Shown here: positions 34,252 through 44,181 of the stretch, piece after piece
Position numbering within the stretch: the first letter of the stretch is position 1
Layout of the letters: each line of letters opens with the position of its first letter
From: Gammaproteobacteria bacterium
Lineage (GTDB): Bacteria > Pseudomonadota > Gammaproteobacteria > JBCCGL01
Reading direction: 5' to 3'
NCBI GenBank assembly: GCA_965277715.1
Contig: OZ255836.1
Coordinates: forward strand, 1,728,001 to 1,792,000
DNA length: 64,000 nucleotides
Notes under the pieces: generated by a model
What the model was told of the DNA's origin: nothing
Seen by the model: only the letters and a program-made list of their open reading frames with translations
Databases searched by the model: none
Position numbers and translations under genes: made by a program

Positions 34252-35151
34252 ATGGCACATTCAATCGACCAAAAACTCAATACACTGGCAAACCTCAAGG
34301 ATTACACTAAACTCAAGCACTATCTAGCCGACCGCAACTACCGCATCATTGGCAAAGCGGCAGATATCGCCCGCGAACAACTGTTATACGACCTAACCCC
34401 CGCCCTCTGCGATGCCTTTAGACGCCTGCGCGGCGATGGCAGTAAAGTTGACCCAAGCTGCATGGGTAAAGTACCAATATGCCGCGCCCTGGTCGATTTA
34501 GACTGCGAAGATATTCCTTTTTTACTGGAGCATATTCACTACCGGCAAATGGAACCCGTCTGGGGTGGCAGTGTCGATTCAGCGGCGGAAATAAGATCAC
34601 TATGTGCCGTTGCGTTGGTCGCCAGCGGTTGGCCGCGTGCACTGGTAGAAATAACACCCTTACTACACGACCCAGAGCTTCCCGCCCGGCTCGGTGGCGT
34701 CAACGCCATAGCCAGCGGCAACCCAGCCCAGGCAGAGGCACTGTTAAGGCTAAAAGTGCATAGCGGTGACCCGGAACCAGAAGTCATGGGTCTATGTTTT
34801 GAAAACCTGCTGGAAATCGAACCGGATGAATCACTGCCTTTTGTTGCCCGCTTTCTGCGTGATAAAAATGAAGAAATTTGCGAACAAGCCGCATTGAGCC
34901 TGGGTACATCGCGGCTGCCCGATGTTATCCCTGTATTTAAACAGTGCTGGGAAGAACAGTACTATCTAAACCCAGTGCGGCGGACAATCGTTAAAGCCGC
35001 ATCCCTGCACCGCAGTAGCGAAGCGATCGAATGGTTGTTTCAACTACTCACCTCCTCCGATAAAAAGCTAAAAACACTCATCGGCGATGCCTTACGTATA
35101 TACAGTGCAAACGAAGCATTGATGCAGCGGCTTGACCAGGCGCTACGCTAA
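34252..35151 (+). CDS. HEAT/PBS-lyase-like repeat protein
   Basis: Helical repeats such as LLHDPELPARLGG, FLRDKNEEICEQAALSLG and DSAAEIRSLCAVAL. Confidence 0.7.
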   Translation: MAHSIDQKLNTLANLKDYTKLKHYLADRNYRIIGKAADIAREQLLYDLTPALCDAFRRLRGDGSKVDPSCMGKVPICRALVDLDCEDIPFLLEHIHYRQMEPVWGGSVDSAAEIRSLCAVALVASGWPRALVEITPLLHDPELPARLGGVNAIASGNPAQAEALLRLKVHSGDPEPEVMGLCFENLLEIEPDESLPFVARFLRDKNEEICEQAALSLGTSRLPDVIPVFKQCWEEQYYLNPVRRTIVKAASLHRSSEAIEWLFQLLTSSDKKLKTLIGDALRIYSANEALMQRLDQALR

Positions 35152-35524
35152 AAAAAAACAAAGGGGTCAATAGCAGCCTTTAGGTTTAACACCCCCGGTT
35201 TATTTTTCCTGTAAAAGAAAACGATTGTTAATCGCTTTGACAGAAACGCGCCGACCCTCCGTGTTATCGACAAAGACAGCCTCTTCCCTCTCCTGTTTTG
35301 CACAGAGCCTACTCGGCCCCGCCATGTGTTCAAGCAGCGCGTCAAGCGTATCAGGAAGCGGCGACACACCTAAAAATGGGTAACAACCCGATTCATCTAT
35401 AAATTGATCTAACAAGGCTTAATAAGGAAGAGTGGTTGTTTAAGGGCGGAAACTGAGTCAACCATTACACATATTTATGGAATATTGATTAACATATTTA
35501 TGTTAATTTGTTATAACGGCTATT

Positions 35525-36499
35525 ATGAAACTTCAACAACTGCGCTACCTGATAGCAATTGAAAAAAACAACCTCAGTATTTCTGTTGCCTCAGAAAAAC
35601 TGTTCACCTCACAACCCGGTGTCAGCAAACAAATCCGCCAGCTAGAAGACGAACTGGGGATTAAGTTGTTTAACCGCAATGGCAAACAACTCACCCATAT
35701 CACCCCAGAAGGTCGGCATATTATAAATCGCGCCAAAGCGATTATGCGTGAGGTCGCCAATATCAAAGGGTTGGCTGACGAATTCCGCAACGACCAGATC
35801 GGTACTTTAAAACTGGCAACCACGCATACCCAGGCACGCTATATGCTGCCCCCCGTGATTCGCGAATTCCGCCAACGCTACCCACAGGTAAACCTACAGA
35901 TTCAACAGGGCCGACCCGAGGAAATTGCCGCGATGGCCGCCTCCGGCGAGGTAGACTTCGCTATCGCCACCGAGGCGATTGGCGAGCGCGACGATTTGGT
36001 TATGCTGCCATGCTATTACTGGAACCGTTGTGTGCTGGTTGCCAAAGACCACCCTCTGGTGGCACAAAAACTAACCTCACTGGCACAGATCGCTGAGCAC
36101 CCGATTGTCACTTATGTATTTGGTTTTACGGGCCGTTCACAACTTGATCGTACATTTACCAACGCCGGGTTAGAACCCAATATCGTACTCACTGCCGTCG
36201 ATTCAGACATCATCAAGACCTATGTGCGGCTGGAATTGGGTATTGGAATTGTGGCGCGCATGGCCTACGATGAATCGGCCGATGCCGATCTGGTCGCGCT
36301 GGATGCAGGGCATTTGTTCCCCGCCAGTTCAACAAAAATTGGCTTCAAGCGCGGTACATTTTTACGCGGCTATGTCTACGAGTTTATGGAATTGTTTGCA
36401 CCGCATTTGACCCTGCAGGCAGTCGATGCAGCGGCCCACACCAAATCGCGTGAGGAGGTGGAAAAGTTATTTGCCGATGTTGAGTTGCAGGTTTATTAG
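35525..36499 (+). CDS. cysB: HTH-type transcriptional regulator CysB
   Basis: MKLQQLRY, TSQPGVSKQ, ATTHTQARY, TYVFGFTGRS and DIIKTYVRL; next to a sulfite reductase. Confidence 0.95.
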   Translation: MKLQQLRYLIAIEKNNLSISVASEKLFTSQPGVSKQIRQLEDELGIKLFNRNGKQLTHITPEGRHIINRAKAIMREVANIKGLADEFRNDQIGTLKLATTHTQARYMLPPVIREFRQRYPQVNLQIQQGRPEEIAAMAASGEVDFAIATEAIGERDDLVMLPCYYWNRCVLVAKDHPLVAQKLTSLAQIAEHPIVTYVFGFTGRSQLDRTFTNAGLEPNIVLTAVDSDIIKTYVRLELGIGIVARMAYDESADADLVALDAGHLFPASSTKIGFKRGTFLRGYVYEFMELFAPHLTLQAVDAAAHTKSREEVEKLFADVELQVY

Positions 36500-36521
36500 G
36501 GCCATTGGTTCAGGTTCTTTC

Positions 36522-36700
36522 AACCTAAATTCCGCAGTTGAATCGTAGCGAGGGCATCTAAGGTGCTGAAGATGAAGTGTTTTTACCCGCATTTCAGCAA
36601 TCCTGTCGTGATTCTACAGGTGAAGCTGAAATGCTGGTTAAAGCGCTTTAGATTCTGTGCATTAGGTGCTCGCAGTAGATTCAACTGCGGAATTTAGGTT
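36522..36700. repeat. 179-bp palindromic element with perfect 23-bp terminal inverted repeats (MITE-like)
   Basis: AACCTAAATTCCGCAGTTGAATC (36522-36544) and GATTCAACTGCGGAATTTAGGTT (36678-36700); nested GCATTTCAGC/GCTGAAATGC and CCTGT/ACAGG. Confidence 0.8.
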
Positions 36701-36714
36701 CAAGGATAAGGGGA

Positions 36715-37191
36715 TTAAGCCATCCCCACTTTACGGGAAAAGTGCTCCTGATAATCAACCGATATTTCAGAAAAAGCCGCCAGTGCAGCGGTAATATCAC
36801 GCTCACTCTCCAACGCAAACTGGGTAATACCGCAGCGCGCCATAAACGCCAACTGGTCGCGCTGCACATCACCGACAGCGCGTATTTCTCTGCTATATCC
36901 ATAGCGCTCACGCAGTAGCCGCGCCTGACTAAAACCACGCCCATCACTAAATACCCCAAACTGAATCGCGATCAGGCCGAGTACATCAAGATCAGCCTGT
37001 AAATCAACCACATCGGTATTCGGGTCCAGCACAACGCCGAATTGTCCTCTCTGTACGCGTAAATGCGCACGCTGTTCACGCCAACGCCCTATAGATACCA
37101 GCAAACGGGGCGCCGCTACCAACGCTTGCGCATCATCCAGCCATACCCATTCATCGACAACAACCCCATGCGTATCAATGAGTACGGACAT
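36715..37191 (-). CDS. DUF934-like sulfite reductase partner
   Basis: FSDGRGFSQARLLRERYGY...RAVGDVQRDQLAFMARCG; overlaps the reductase stop. Confidence 0.88.
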   Translation of the reverse strand: MSVLIDTHGVVVDEWVWLDDAQALVAAPRLLVSIGRWREQRAHLRVQRGQFGVVLDPNTDVVDLQADLDVLGLIAIQFGVFSDGRGFSQARLLRERYGYSREIRAVGDVQRDQLAFMARCGITQFALESERDITAALAAFSEISVDYQEHFSRKVGMA

Positions 37192-38845
37192 AGACACGCT
37201 CCTTAAAGGGGGTTTGCCCTACGCGTGCAAGCGTTTGCAAAAAAGACTCACCGGGATCACGCTGCGCTACATAGGTCTCGATAATTTTTTCAACCGCACC
37301 CCCCACTGCCTGCTTGGGAATGGCCGGTCCCAATCGCCTGCCAATAGCCGCATCATTTTCTGCCGAACCACCCAGGGTAATCTGGTACCACTGCTCACCT
37401 TTCTTATCGACCCCCAACAAACCGATATGGCCAACATGATGGTGACCACACGCATTCATACAACCGGATATTTTGATGTGAATATCGCCGAGTTCATACA
37501 ATTCATCAAGTTGTTCAAAACGATCCATGATATCCCTGGATACATCAATCGATGTGGCGTTAGCTAGGCTACAAAAGTCCAGCCCTGGGCAGCAGATAAT
37601 ATCGGTCACCGTATTAATATTGGGATTGGCCAGCCGATGCTTCGACAGCGCCCGCCATACATCAAAGAGTGCCGACTCCTCGACTTCTGCAAGCACCAGA
37701 TTTTGCGAATGGGTGGTACGCAACTCACCAAAACTGTAACAATCGGCAAGATCAGCCAGCACATCCATTTGTGTATCACTGATATCGCCGGGTGCCTGAT
37801 TATGCACTTGGCCATGCCCTTTGAGTGAAACATAGACAATGCGATAACCCGCTACCTTATGCGCCTGTGTGTTTTGCCGATACCAGGTGTTAAACAAAGG
37901 GTTGCTATTGCGCTTTTCCCATGAAGCCTGATCACCCGTGGGTGTTGTACTGTAGTGGTGTGTTTGAAAAGCCTGGCTCACCCGGTCAATTTCTGCATCG
38001 CTAAGCTGTAGACCAGAATCGCGTAGGTACTGCCATTCATTATCGACCTGTTCACGAAAGGCATCGATGCCCAGCGCATTGACCAAAATCTTGATCCGCG
38101 CTTTATACATATTATCGCGACGACCGTGCAGGTTATAAACACGCAATATCGCCTCAAGATAACTGAGCAAATCCTGACGCGGCAAAAACGCCCGGAGCGG
38201 CTTGCCAATAACCGGTGTACGGCCAAGCCCGCCACCCACAGTGATACAAAAACCAACCTCGCCCGCCTCATTGCGCAGCACTTGTATACCAATATCGTGA
38301 ATCTGCGTAGCGGCGCGGTCGAGCTCGGAACCCGTCAGGGCAAATTTGAACTTGCGCGGTAAAAATGAAAACTCCGGGTGCAGAGTCGACCACTGGCGAA
38401 TCAATTCACACCAAATACGTGGGTCTTCAATTTCATCGGGGGCGACCCCGGCCAATGGGTCACAGGTGATATTGCGAATGCAGTTGCCACTGGTTTGCAT
38501 GGCGTGCATTTGCACCTTGGCCAATTCAGCTAAAATATCCGGCACATTTTCCAACGCGGGCCAGTTCAACTGAATATTCTGGCGGGTGGTAACATGCGCA
38601 AAGCCCCTGTCGTAAGTGCGGGTAACGTGGGCGATGGTGCGCAACTGTGCCGATGACATCACCCCATAAGGCACAGCGATACGCAACATCGGTGCGTGGC
38701 GTTGAATATACAAACCATTGCGTAGACGCAATTGCTTGAATATTTCTTCGTCTAATTGACCATTAAGATAGCGCGTGGTTTGATCGCGAAACTGCTCGAC
38801 CCGTTGATCGACAATTTTCTGATCGACAGCACTGTAGGCATACAT
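37175..38845 (-). CDS. cysI: Nitrite/sulfite reductase hemoprotein (Pseudomonas-type CysI)
   Basis: TTRQNIQ, TSGNCIRN, LPRKFK, CPGLDFCSLA and SGCMNACGHH siroheme/4Fe-4S ligands. Start probably ATG 38845. Confidence 0.9.
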   Translation of the reverse strand: MYAYSAVDQKIVDQRVEQFRDQTTRYLNGQLDEEIFKQLRLRNGLYIQRHAPMLRIAVPYGVMSSAQLRTIAHVTRTYDRGFAHVTTRQNIQLNWPALENVPDILAELAKVQMHAMQTSGNCIRNITCDPLAGVAPDEIEDPRIWCELIRQWSTLHPEFSFLPRKFKFALTGSELDRAATQIHDIGIQVLRNEAGEVGFCITVGGGLGRTPVIGKPLRAFLPRQDLLSYLEAILRVYNLHGRRDNMYKARIKILVNALGIDAFREQVDNEWQYLRDSGLQLSDAEIDRVSQAFQTHHYSTTPTGDQASWEKRNSNPLFNTWYRQNTQAHKVAGYRIVYVSLKGHGQVHNQAPGDISDTQMDVLADLADCYSFGELRTTHSQNLVLAEVEESALFDVWRALSKHRLANPNINTVTDIICCPGLDFCSLANATSIDVSRDIMDRFEQLDELYELGDIHIKISGCMNACGHHHVGHIGLLGVDKKGEQWYQITLGGSAENDAAIGRRLGPAIPKQAVGGAVEKIIETYVAQRDPGESFLQTLARVGQTPFKERVYVRTH

Positions 38846-38962
38846 ATACTTCACCGGTATTAATGAGTGGCGCTACTTTAGCGCCCCTCTCTAATACACG
38901 AAAAGAATATTTTTTAATTTGAGTATGCTTATTTTGAATATAAAAAAACAAACACAGGATCA

Positions 38963-39919
38963 TTACCCCCGCTTAACGATCACCTCATAACCCGCCTCTT
39001 CCGGTTCATCGTCACACATTTCCGGCGGAAACCCCGGCGCGAGAATATCGACATTACACGCTTCTTCAAGCCGCTTGATAATGTTGGGGGACAACTCGCG
39101 TGACCCATAACGTTGCTCACCATCGAGAAAAATATCGCGCAACAGTGGTGAGACTTCCAGTGGAACATTGTGACGATCGGCAACCTGCTGGAACAAACTG
39201 ATATCCTTCACCACCAAATCCATTGTAAAGCTGATATCACGGCTGCCATTTAAAATGACCTGGCTTTCGGTTTCATGCACAAACGAAGTGCCCGATGAAA
39301 TACGCATAGCCTCATACGTAGTCGCCAAGTCCATACCTGCTTTTTTCGCGGTAACCAATGCCTCGCAGCACGTCACAAGATTAGCCGTGGCAAGGTAATT
39401 GGTCACCACCTTTAAAACAGAGGCAGAGCCTAGCTCACCGGTATGCAAAATACGCCGACCCATCGTGGTCAGCAATGGCAGCATACGATCAAACACGGCC
39501 CGCTCACAACCGGCAAAAATAGAAATATTGCCCGTGGCAGCGCGGTGGCACCCCCCAGAGACGGGGCAATCAACGGGTTCGGCACCCGCCGACTTAACCT
39601 TCTCACCGAGCCTGAGCACTTCCTCCTGATCGGTGGTACTCATTTCAGCCCAGATTTTCCCCGCAGACAAGCCTGCCAGAATGCCATCTTCTGCCTCCAT
39701 CACCGCTGCGCTGGCAGCCGGTGATGGTAAACAGGTAATCACCACATCCACCTGCTCGGCCATCGCCTTTGGCGACGCGCCCCAGTGGGCACCCTTATCG
39801 AGAAACGGCTGGGCAACCGATGTGTCCAAATCGCGCACAGTCAGGTCGATACCATTGCGCAACAGACTACCGGCCAGCTTGCCACCCACATTACCCAAAC
39901 CAATAAAACCGACTTTCAT
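38963..39919 (-). CDS. NAD(P)-dependent beta-hydroxyacid dehydrogenase (3-hydroxyisobutyrate DH family)
   Basis: GFIGLGNVG, DCPVSGG, catalytic KVVTN and DLVVKD. Confidence 0.88.
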   Translation of the reverse strand: MKVGFIGLGNVGGKLAGSLLRNGIDLTVRDLDTSVAQPFLDKGAHWGASPKAMAEQVDVVITCLPSPAASAAVMEAEDGILAGLSAGKIWAEMSTTDQEEVLRLGEKVKSAGAEPVDCPVSGGCHRAATGNISIFAGCERAVFDRMLPLLTTMGRRILHTGELGSASVLKVVTNYLATANLVTCCEALVTAKKAGMDLATTYEAMRISSGTSFVHETESQVILNGSRDISFTMDLVVKDISLFQQVADRHNVPLEVSPLLRDIFLDGEQRYGSRELSPNIIKRLEEACNVDILAPGFPPEMCDDEPEEAGYEVIVKRG

Positions 39920-40257
39920 TATTGTTTTCCTCTATTTAGTTTTATTACTGCGCCCGATAAGGCGAGATAGCGCGATAATACAACGTGTAACACATAAAAA
40001 ATGCAGTACTGCGCTTGTTATCGCAAGTAATGCGACCTGCTGTGCGTGCACACTTAATCGTGCTGGGAATGACGCTATAAGGAGCGATATTAGATCACTT
40101 TCAGCATGCGAATGAATCGTGGAAAGCGAGTAGCACTCACCTCTTATTGGATACACAAGCCGCTTCTGATATATTCTCGTATAAGCGGTTTATCCCCCTC
40201 TCCTACCACTACTTATGGAACTACCGGTCACCGTTAGCGTGCCGAGTCTGGAAGCCA

Positions 40258-41883
40258 ATGCCTTGCAACAATAAACCGATAATTGCAACAAAATATAGTG
40301 TATATGCCGTTACTGCGGTTCTGGCATTTTGCAGCATTATTTACGAGCTACTTCTGGCACAAACCCTCACGGAGATATTTGGCAACTCTGTTTTGCGTTA
40401 CGCCATGACAATAGGTATTTATCTATTTGCCATGGGTGTCGGCGCTATAGCCCATCCGCTGCTTAGCCGAACATTGATACCGAGCTTGATCGGCCTGGAA
40501 ATTGTGCTAAGCCTTACCGGTTTGTGTGTGGTTTTTCTCCTGTTTCTTTTCGCTTACGCCTCATTTGAATACCCTCTTGGTAGCCTGCTACTGTGCCACG
40601 TTATGATTGTTGTCGTGGGATTCCTCTCTGGCATGGAAATTCCCTATCTGGTCAACATGGAAGCGGGCAAACGCTTTTCCAGAATTTTATGTCTGGACTT
40701 TATCGGCACACTAATCGGTACGCTCTGTTTTCCACTGGCGCTTTACCCCAACTTCACGCTTTTCGAAATTGGCTTTTACACTGCGCTGTTAAACATATTG
40801 GCGGCCATATACCTACTCACTCGTTCTACTGGAATTGGCATCAAAACCAAAATTGGTACCGTCGTCTGCGCAATCACCTTCCTGATCGCGATGCCATACC
40901 ACAAGACAGTCGGTGACAGTCTACTGGTTCGGTACGAAATCAAGCGGCACGCCTTAAATTGGGGTGGAAAGCGCGAAAACTGGCCGGAAATCGCCGAAAA
41001 AATCAATGTATTAAATATCACTAGAACCCGCTATCAAAAAATTATGTTATTGGAAGATACGCACCCAGGTGTTGCTACTGGCAAGTCGCTCTATCTCGAT
41101 AAAAATATACAATTGCAGGATTGGTGGATTGACTCTTATCACGAAACACTATCGCTAACACCACTTTTGTTTCAACACAAACCCCAATTGGATATCGCTA
41201 TCCTCGGTGGTGGCGACGGTATTCTCGCCAGACATCTGCTCAATTCAGGCAGGGTGAATCATATCGACCTAATCGATATCGACAGTGAATTTATCGCGTT
41301 TATGAAAACACACCCACACTACGTGCTCATCCACCTCAACGCACTGGACGATGATAGGGTCAGCGTTCACATTGCTGATGCCTATGCATTTATCAGAGAG
41401 AACAGCTTTAGCAAACAGGCGAAAAAATACGATATTGTGATACTTGATCTACCTGGCTTAAAGGATGGGGATAAACTGATCCATTTATATTCAAAGGAGT
41501 TTTTCACATTTATCAACAAATCCCTGCGCTCGAAGGGTGTGATGGCGACATGGCACTACAACACCCCAAGGCATAAGAAGATACTGTCGAGTACTCTCAG
41601 CGCTTCAGGTTTCGATAAAGTCTTGTACACCTGTTCCCGTGCTAACCAAGTACTAAAACAAAACTCAGTCGATGACCAACAGTGTGTTGAGTACTTTTTG
41701 CTGGCCCACGCAGGCAACACTACACCATTGCCTTATAGCCAATGGGATATGTCCGATTATCAACATACCTGGATCGAAAACCATCGCCAAAGCCTTAGCT
41801 GGCAGGCACTAGAAAATAGCGACCAACAGGTAAACTCTATATTCAAACCAAACTACAAACTGATCCCCGGCACATTCCGATGA
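40258..41883 (+). CDS. Membrane-fused polyamine aminopropyltransferase (spermidine synthase-like)
   Basis: TM domain (FCSIIYEL, IGIYLFAMGVG, SGMEIP) then TRYQKI, YHE, LGGGDG, DID and IADA. Start ATG 40258 is inferred. Confidence 0.82.
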   Translation: MPCNNKPIIATKYSVYAVTAVLAFCSIIYELLLAQTLTEIFGNSVLRYAMTIGIYLFAMGVGAIAHPLLSRTLIPSLIGLEIVLSLTGLCVVFLLFLFAYASFEYPLGSLLLCHVMIVVVGFLSGMEIPYLVNMEAGKRFSRILCLDFIGTLIGTLCFPLALYPNFTLFEIGFYTALLNILAAIYLLTRSTGIGIKTKIGTVVCAITFLIAMPYHKTVGDSLLVRYEIKRHALNWGGKRENWPEIAEKINVLNITRTRYQKIMLLEDTHPGVATGKSLYLDKNIQLQDWWIDSYHETLSLTPLLFQHKPQLDIAILGGGDGILARHLLNSGRVNHIDLIDIDSEFIAFMKTHPHYVLIHLNALDDDRVSVHIADAYAFIRENSFSKQAKKYDIVILDLPGLKDGDKLIHLYSKEFFTFINKSLRSKGVMATWHYNTPRHKKILSSTLSASGFDKVLYTCSRANQVLKQNSVDDQQCVEYFLLAHAGNTTPLPYSQWDMSDYQHTWIENHRQSLSWQALENSDQQVNSIFKPNYKLIPGTFR

Positions 41884-42575
41884 GAGCCTTATCCACTGGC
41901 TTACAATCCGGTTTTGCGATAATGACTACCACCGCAGTCATCGCCTTTTGCAGCATTATGTACGAACTGATACTGGCGCAGACCTTGACGGCCTTGTTCG
42001 GTGGTTTGATCCTGCAATATTCGTTGACTATCGGGTTTTACCTGATGGGTCTCGGGCTTGGTGCACTGTGCTTCGAAAAATTCGCCAAACACCCCGCCCG
42101 GCACTTCTTCACCACACAATTGCTGCTAAGCCTTTTGGGTTGCCTCGGGTTTGCAAGCCTGCTGTTGCTGTCACCCTGGCAATATCAATACCCCAAACTG
42201 ATAATTGTATACGCCTACCTGCTGGTCATTGCAATCGGTTGTCTGTCGGGGCTTGAAATTCCACTGATCAACGCGCTCTACAAACGCGAATTCACACACG
42301 TGCTGGGACTCGATTATTTTGGTGGTCTGGCGGGAGGTGTCCTGTTTCCACTGCTTTTTTATCCACACCTTGGATTAGTGTTTAGCGTGCTGTTTATCGC
42401 TTCACTCAATCTGTTCGCCTGCCTCTGGGTAGGTCTGGCGTTTATGCGAAACCGCCTGGCTATCGTCGGGACGTTAGTTACTATTGGCGTGTTTTTCGTA
42501 GCACTCTGGCATCACATCACTATTGCCCAGCTGCTGCAAAATATTTATATATCAGGGAGCTTTTATGCCACTTAA
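41880..42575 (+). CDS. Stand-alone paralog of the aminopropyltransferase membrane domain
   Basis: FCSIMYELILAQTL, TIGFYLMGLGLG, SGLEIP and DYFGGLAGGVLFPL mirror the previous gene's N-terminus; ATGA coupling. Confidence 0.8.
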   Translation: MRALSTGLQSGFAIMTTTAVIAFCSIMYELILAQTLTALFGGLILQYSLTIGFYLMGLGLGALCFEKFAKHPARHFFTTQLLLSLLGCLGFASLLLLSPWQYQYPKLIIVYAYLLVIAIGCLSGLEIPLINALYKREFTHVLGLDYFGGLAGGVLFPLLFYPHLGLVFSVLFIASLNLFACLWVGLAFMRNRLAIVGTLVTIGVFFVALWHHITIAQLLQNIYISGSFYAT

Positions 42576-43023
42576 CACTTTGTACTTCCAGCAGTACGGC
42601 GATCGCGTTCCACCCAACCCCAACGAAGTTTTTGCCCAGGCAAAAAAATACCACGCGCTGGGTGTGATAGAACTCTATGTGATTGGCTCTTCGCACCATC
42701 TTATTCTTGAGGACTGTTACACCGAGCGGCTATCCTGCGAAACCAACTTGCCTGAACAACTGCGGGGCGATAGTCATTGCTATAAAAAAGATACGCCTAT
42801 TGGCGTGTTCCGCACAAGGCTTTGGCAGGAGGCCTTTCCCAACGACCAATTTCCCTCACTAGAACAGGAAAAACTGTCAGAGGACTGGGATATTAAACAC
42901 TGCTTTCTAAAAAACGCTGCGTTTACCGCAATACGCGTCAACGACAATACCATCGTCACCCTCCATTCCTACCCAGAGCATTGCAGCCTGGTATTTAGCG
43001 AGACCACATTACCCATCGACTGA
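42565..43023 (+). CDS. DUF2617-like hypothetical protein
   Basis: VIGSSHHL, ERLSC and TLHSYPE..LVFSET resemble the DUF2617 family known to me from membrane spermidine synthase loci. Confidence 0.55.
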   Translation: MPLNTLYFQQYGDRVPPNPNEVFAQAKKYHALGVIELYVIGSSHHLILEDCYTERLSCETNLPEQLRGDSHCYKKDTPIGVFRTRLWQEAFPNDQFPSLEQEKLSEDWDIKHCFLKNAAFTAIRVNDNTIVTLHSYPEHCSLVFSETTLPID

Positions 43024-44155
43024 CACGCCGTACACACCACTCGAAACTGTATTTACCACCGTTTAACCGATCCCATTGGCACAGAACAACGTAGAAAACA
43101 GCGATAAAACCCCAGGCCATAAGCAGCGCCACCGTGTAACTGACAACACCATCCCCTACCAGGCGCCCCGCATTGTCAAGATACAAATAACCGTAAAGCC
43201 GGAGGATAAACAACGCAAAAATATTATGGATAATATAAGCTGAAAGTGAGAACTTGCTATAAACCTGTAGAAAGCTACGCAGTCTGGGGTGGTTGCTCAG
43301 CCCGTTGCCACCGACGAGGGTATAACTTATCGCAAGGGAGAAAATAACGACACCAAGCGCCCCAATCATAAACGCTGTTGTCGCGGGAAAATAGTTATAG
43401 CTAAACACATAAACACTTCCCCACTCCAACTGCACTATCGCCGCGCTACCCAGTAACAACAGCGAACCCAGCAGTACTGTAGCAGCTATCCGTCCACTCT
43501 GGAGCGTTCCACCAGCAAAGACCCAGCGGGCAAACATATAGCCCGCAACCGGAAACACCAACCAGGGGATAAAAGGTTGGTAGCCACGCAAGAAATAGTT
43601 CTTCAAAACCTCGGTGAACAGAGCAACCCCCTCGAAAGTCTGATACTGGGAGGGCCAAAATATCTGATCATAACTCAGTACCTGATATCCAGACCACGCC
43701 TGAAGATAAGGGGCGCTGAGTAGAAGCAACGCCAAAAAAACCAACGGAACAAAAAGCATCGTTGCGCGAAAAGCCGCCACCACGATCACCCCGAGCCCCA
43801 ACAAATTTAATATGCTGCCAACCATTAAACCTCCATTTGACAACATAGACATAACCAAGCCGATGACAAACAACCCTATACCACGCACCATCAGCTGTCC
43901 GGTCATATGCGCCGATGAGTACTGAGATTGATTACCAAGACGCCAGAGCCAAACACTTACCCCTACCAGGAAAGCGAACGCAGGCGCAGAGTAGCTTTCC
44001 ATATCGATCCAATAGAACAGTAGCCCATCAGTAACCGTGCCCAACTCGCGCAAGGCATACCAATCTGACCAGTAATAGACAAAATGTCCCTGGATCATAA
44101 ATAAAATCGCCAATGCTCTCACTACATCAATCCAAATGAACCTATCTCTATCCAA
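42995..44155 (-). CDS. DUF1624/HGSNAT-like multi-TM acyltransferase
   Basis: RFIWIDVVRALAILFMIQGH, APAFAFLVGVS, PFIPW and SLSAYIIH. TTG start at 44155 with an AGGA RBS. Confidence 0.75.
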   Translation of the reverse strand: MDRDRFIWIDVVRALAILFMIQGHFVYYWSDWYALRELGTVTDGLLFYWIDMESYSAPAFAFLVGVSVWLWRLGNQSQYSSAHMTGQLMVRGIGLFVIGLVMSMLSNGGLMVGSILNLLGLGVIVVAAFRATMLFVPLVFLALLLLSAPYLQAWSGYQVLSYDQIFWPSQYQTFEGVALFTEVLKNYFLRGYQPFIPWLVFPVAGYMFARWVFAGGTLQSGRIAATVLLGSLLLLGSAAIVQLEWGSVYVFSYNYFPATTAFMIGALGVVIFSLAISYTLVGGNGLSNHPRLRSFLQVYSKFSLSAYIIHNIFALFILRLYGYLYLDNAGRLVGDGVVSYTVALLMAWGFIAVFYVVLCQWDRLNGGKYSFEWCVRRVSRWVMWSR

Positions 44156-44181
44156 TGTAATATTCCTGTTTGTTGAAATTC

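Noticed and set aside
35152-35524. Possible sRNA or ORF upstream of cysB
   Set aside because: No recognisable RNA family or convincing ORF. Only a short palindrome TTAACATA-tt-TATGTTAA near 35490, compatible with an ordinary regulator site.
347-39919. Many short opposite-strand or alternate-frame ORFs in the ORF track
   Set aside because: They overlap well-supported genes, lack motifs and RBSs, and look like shadow ORFs.
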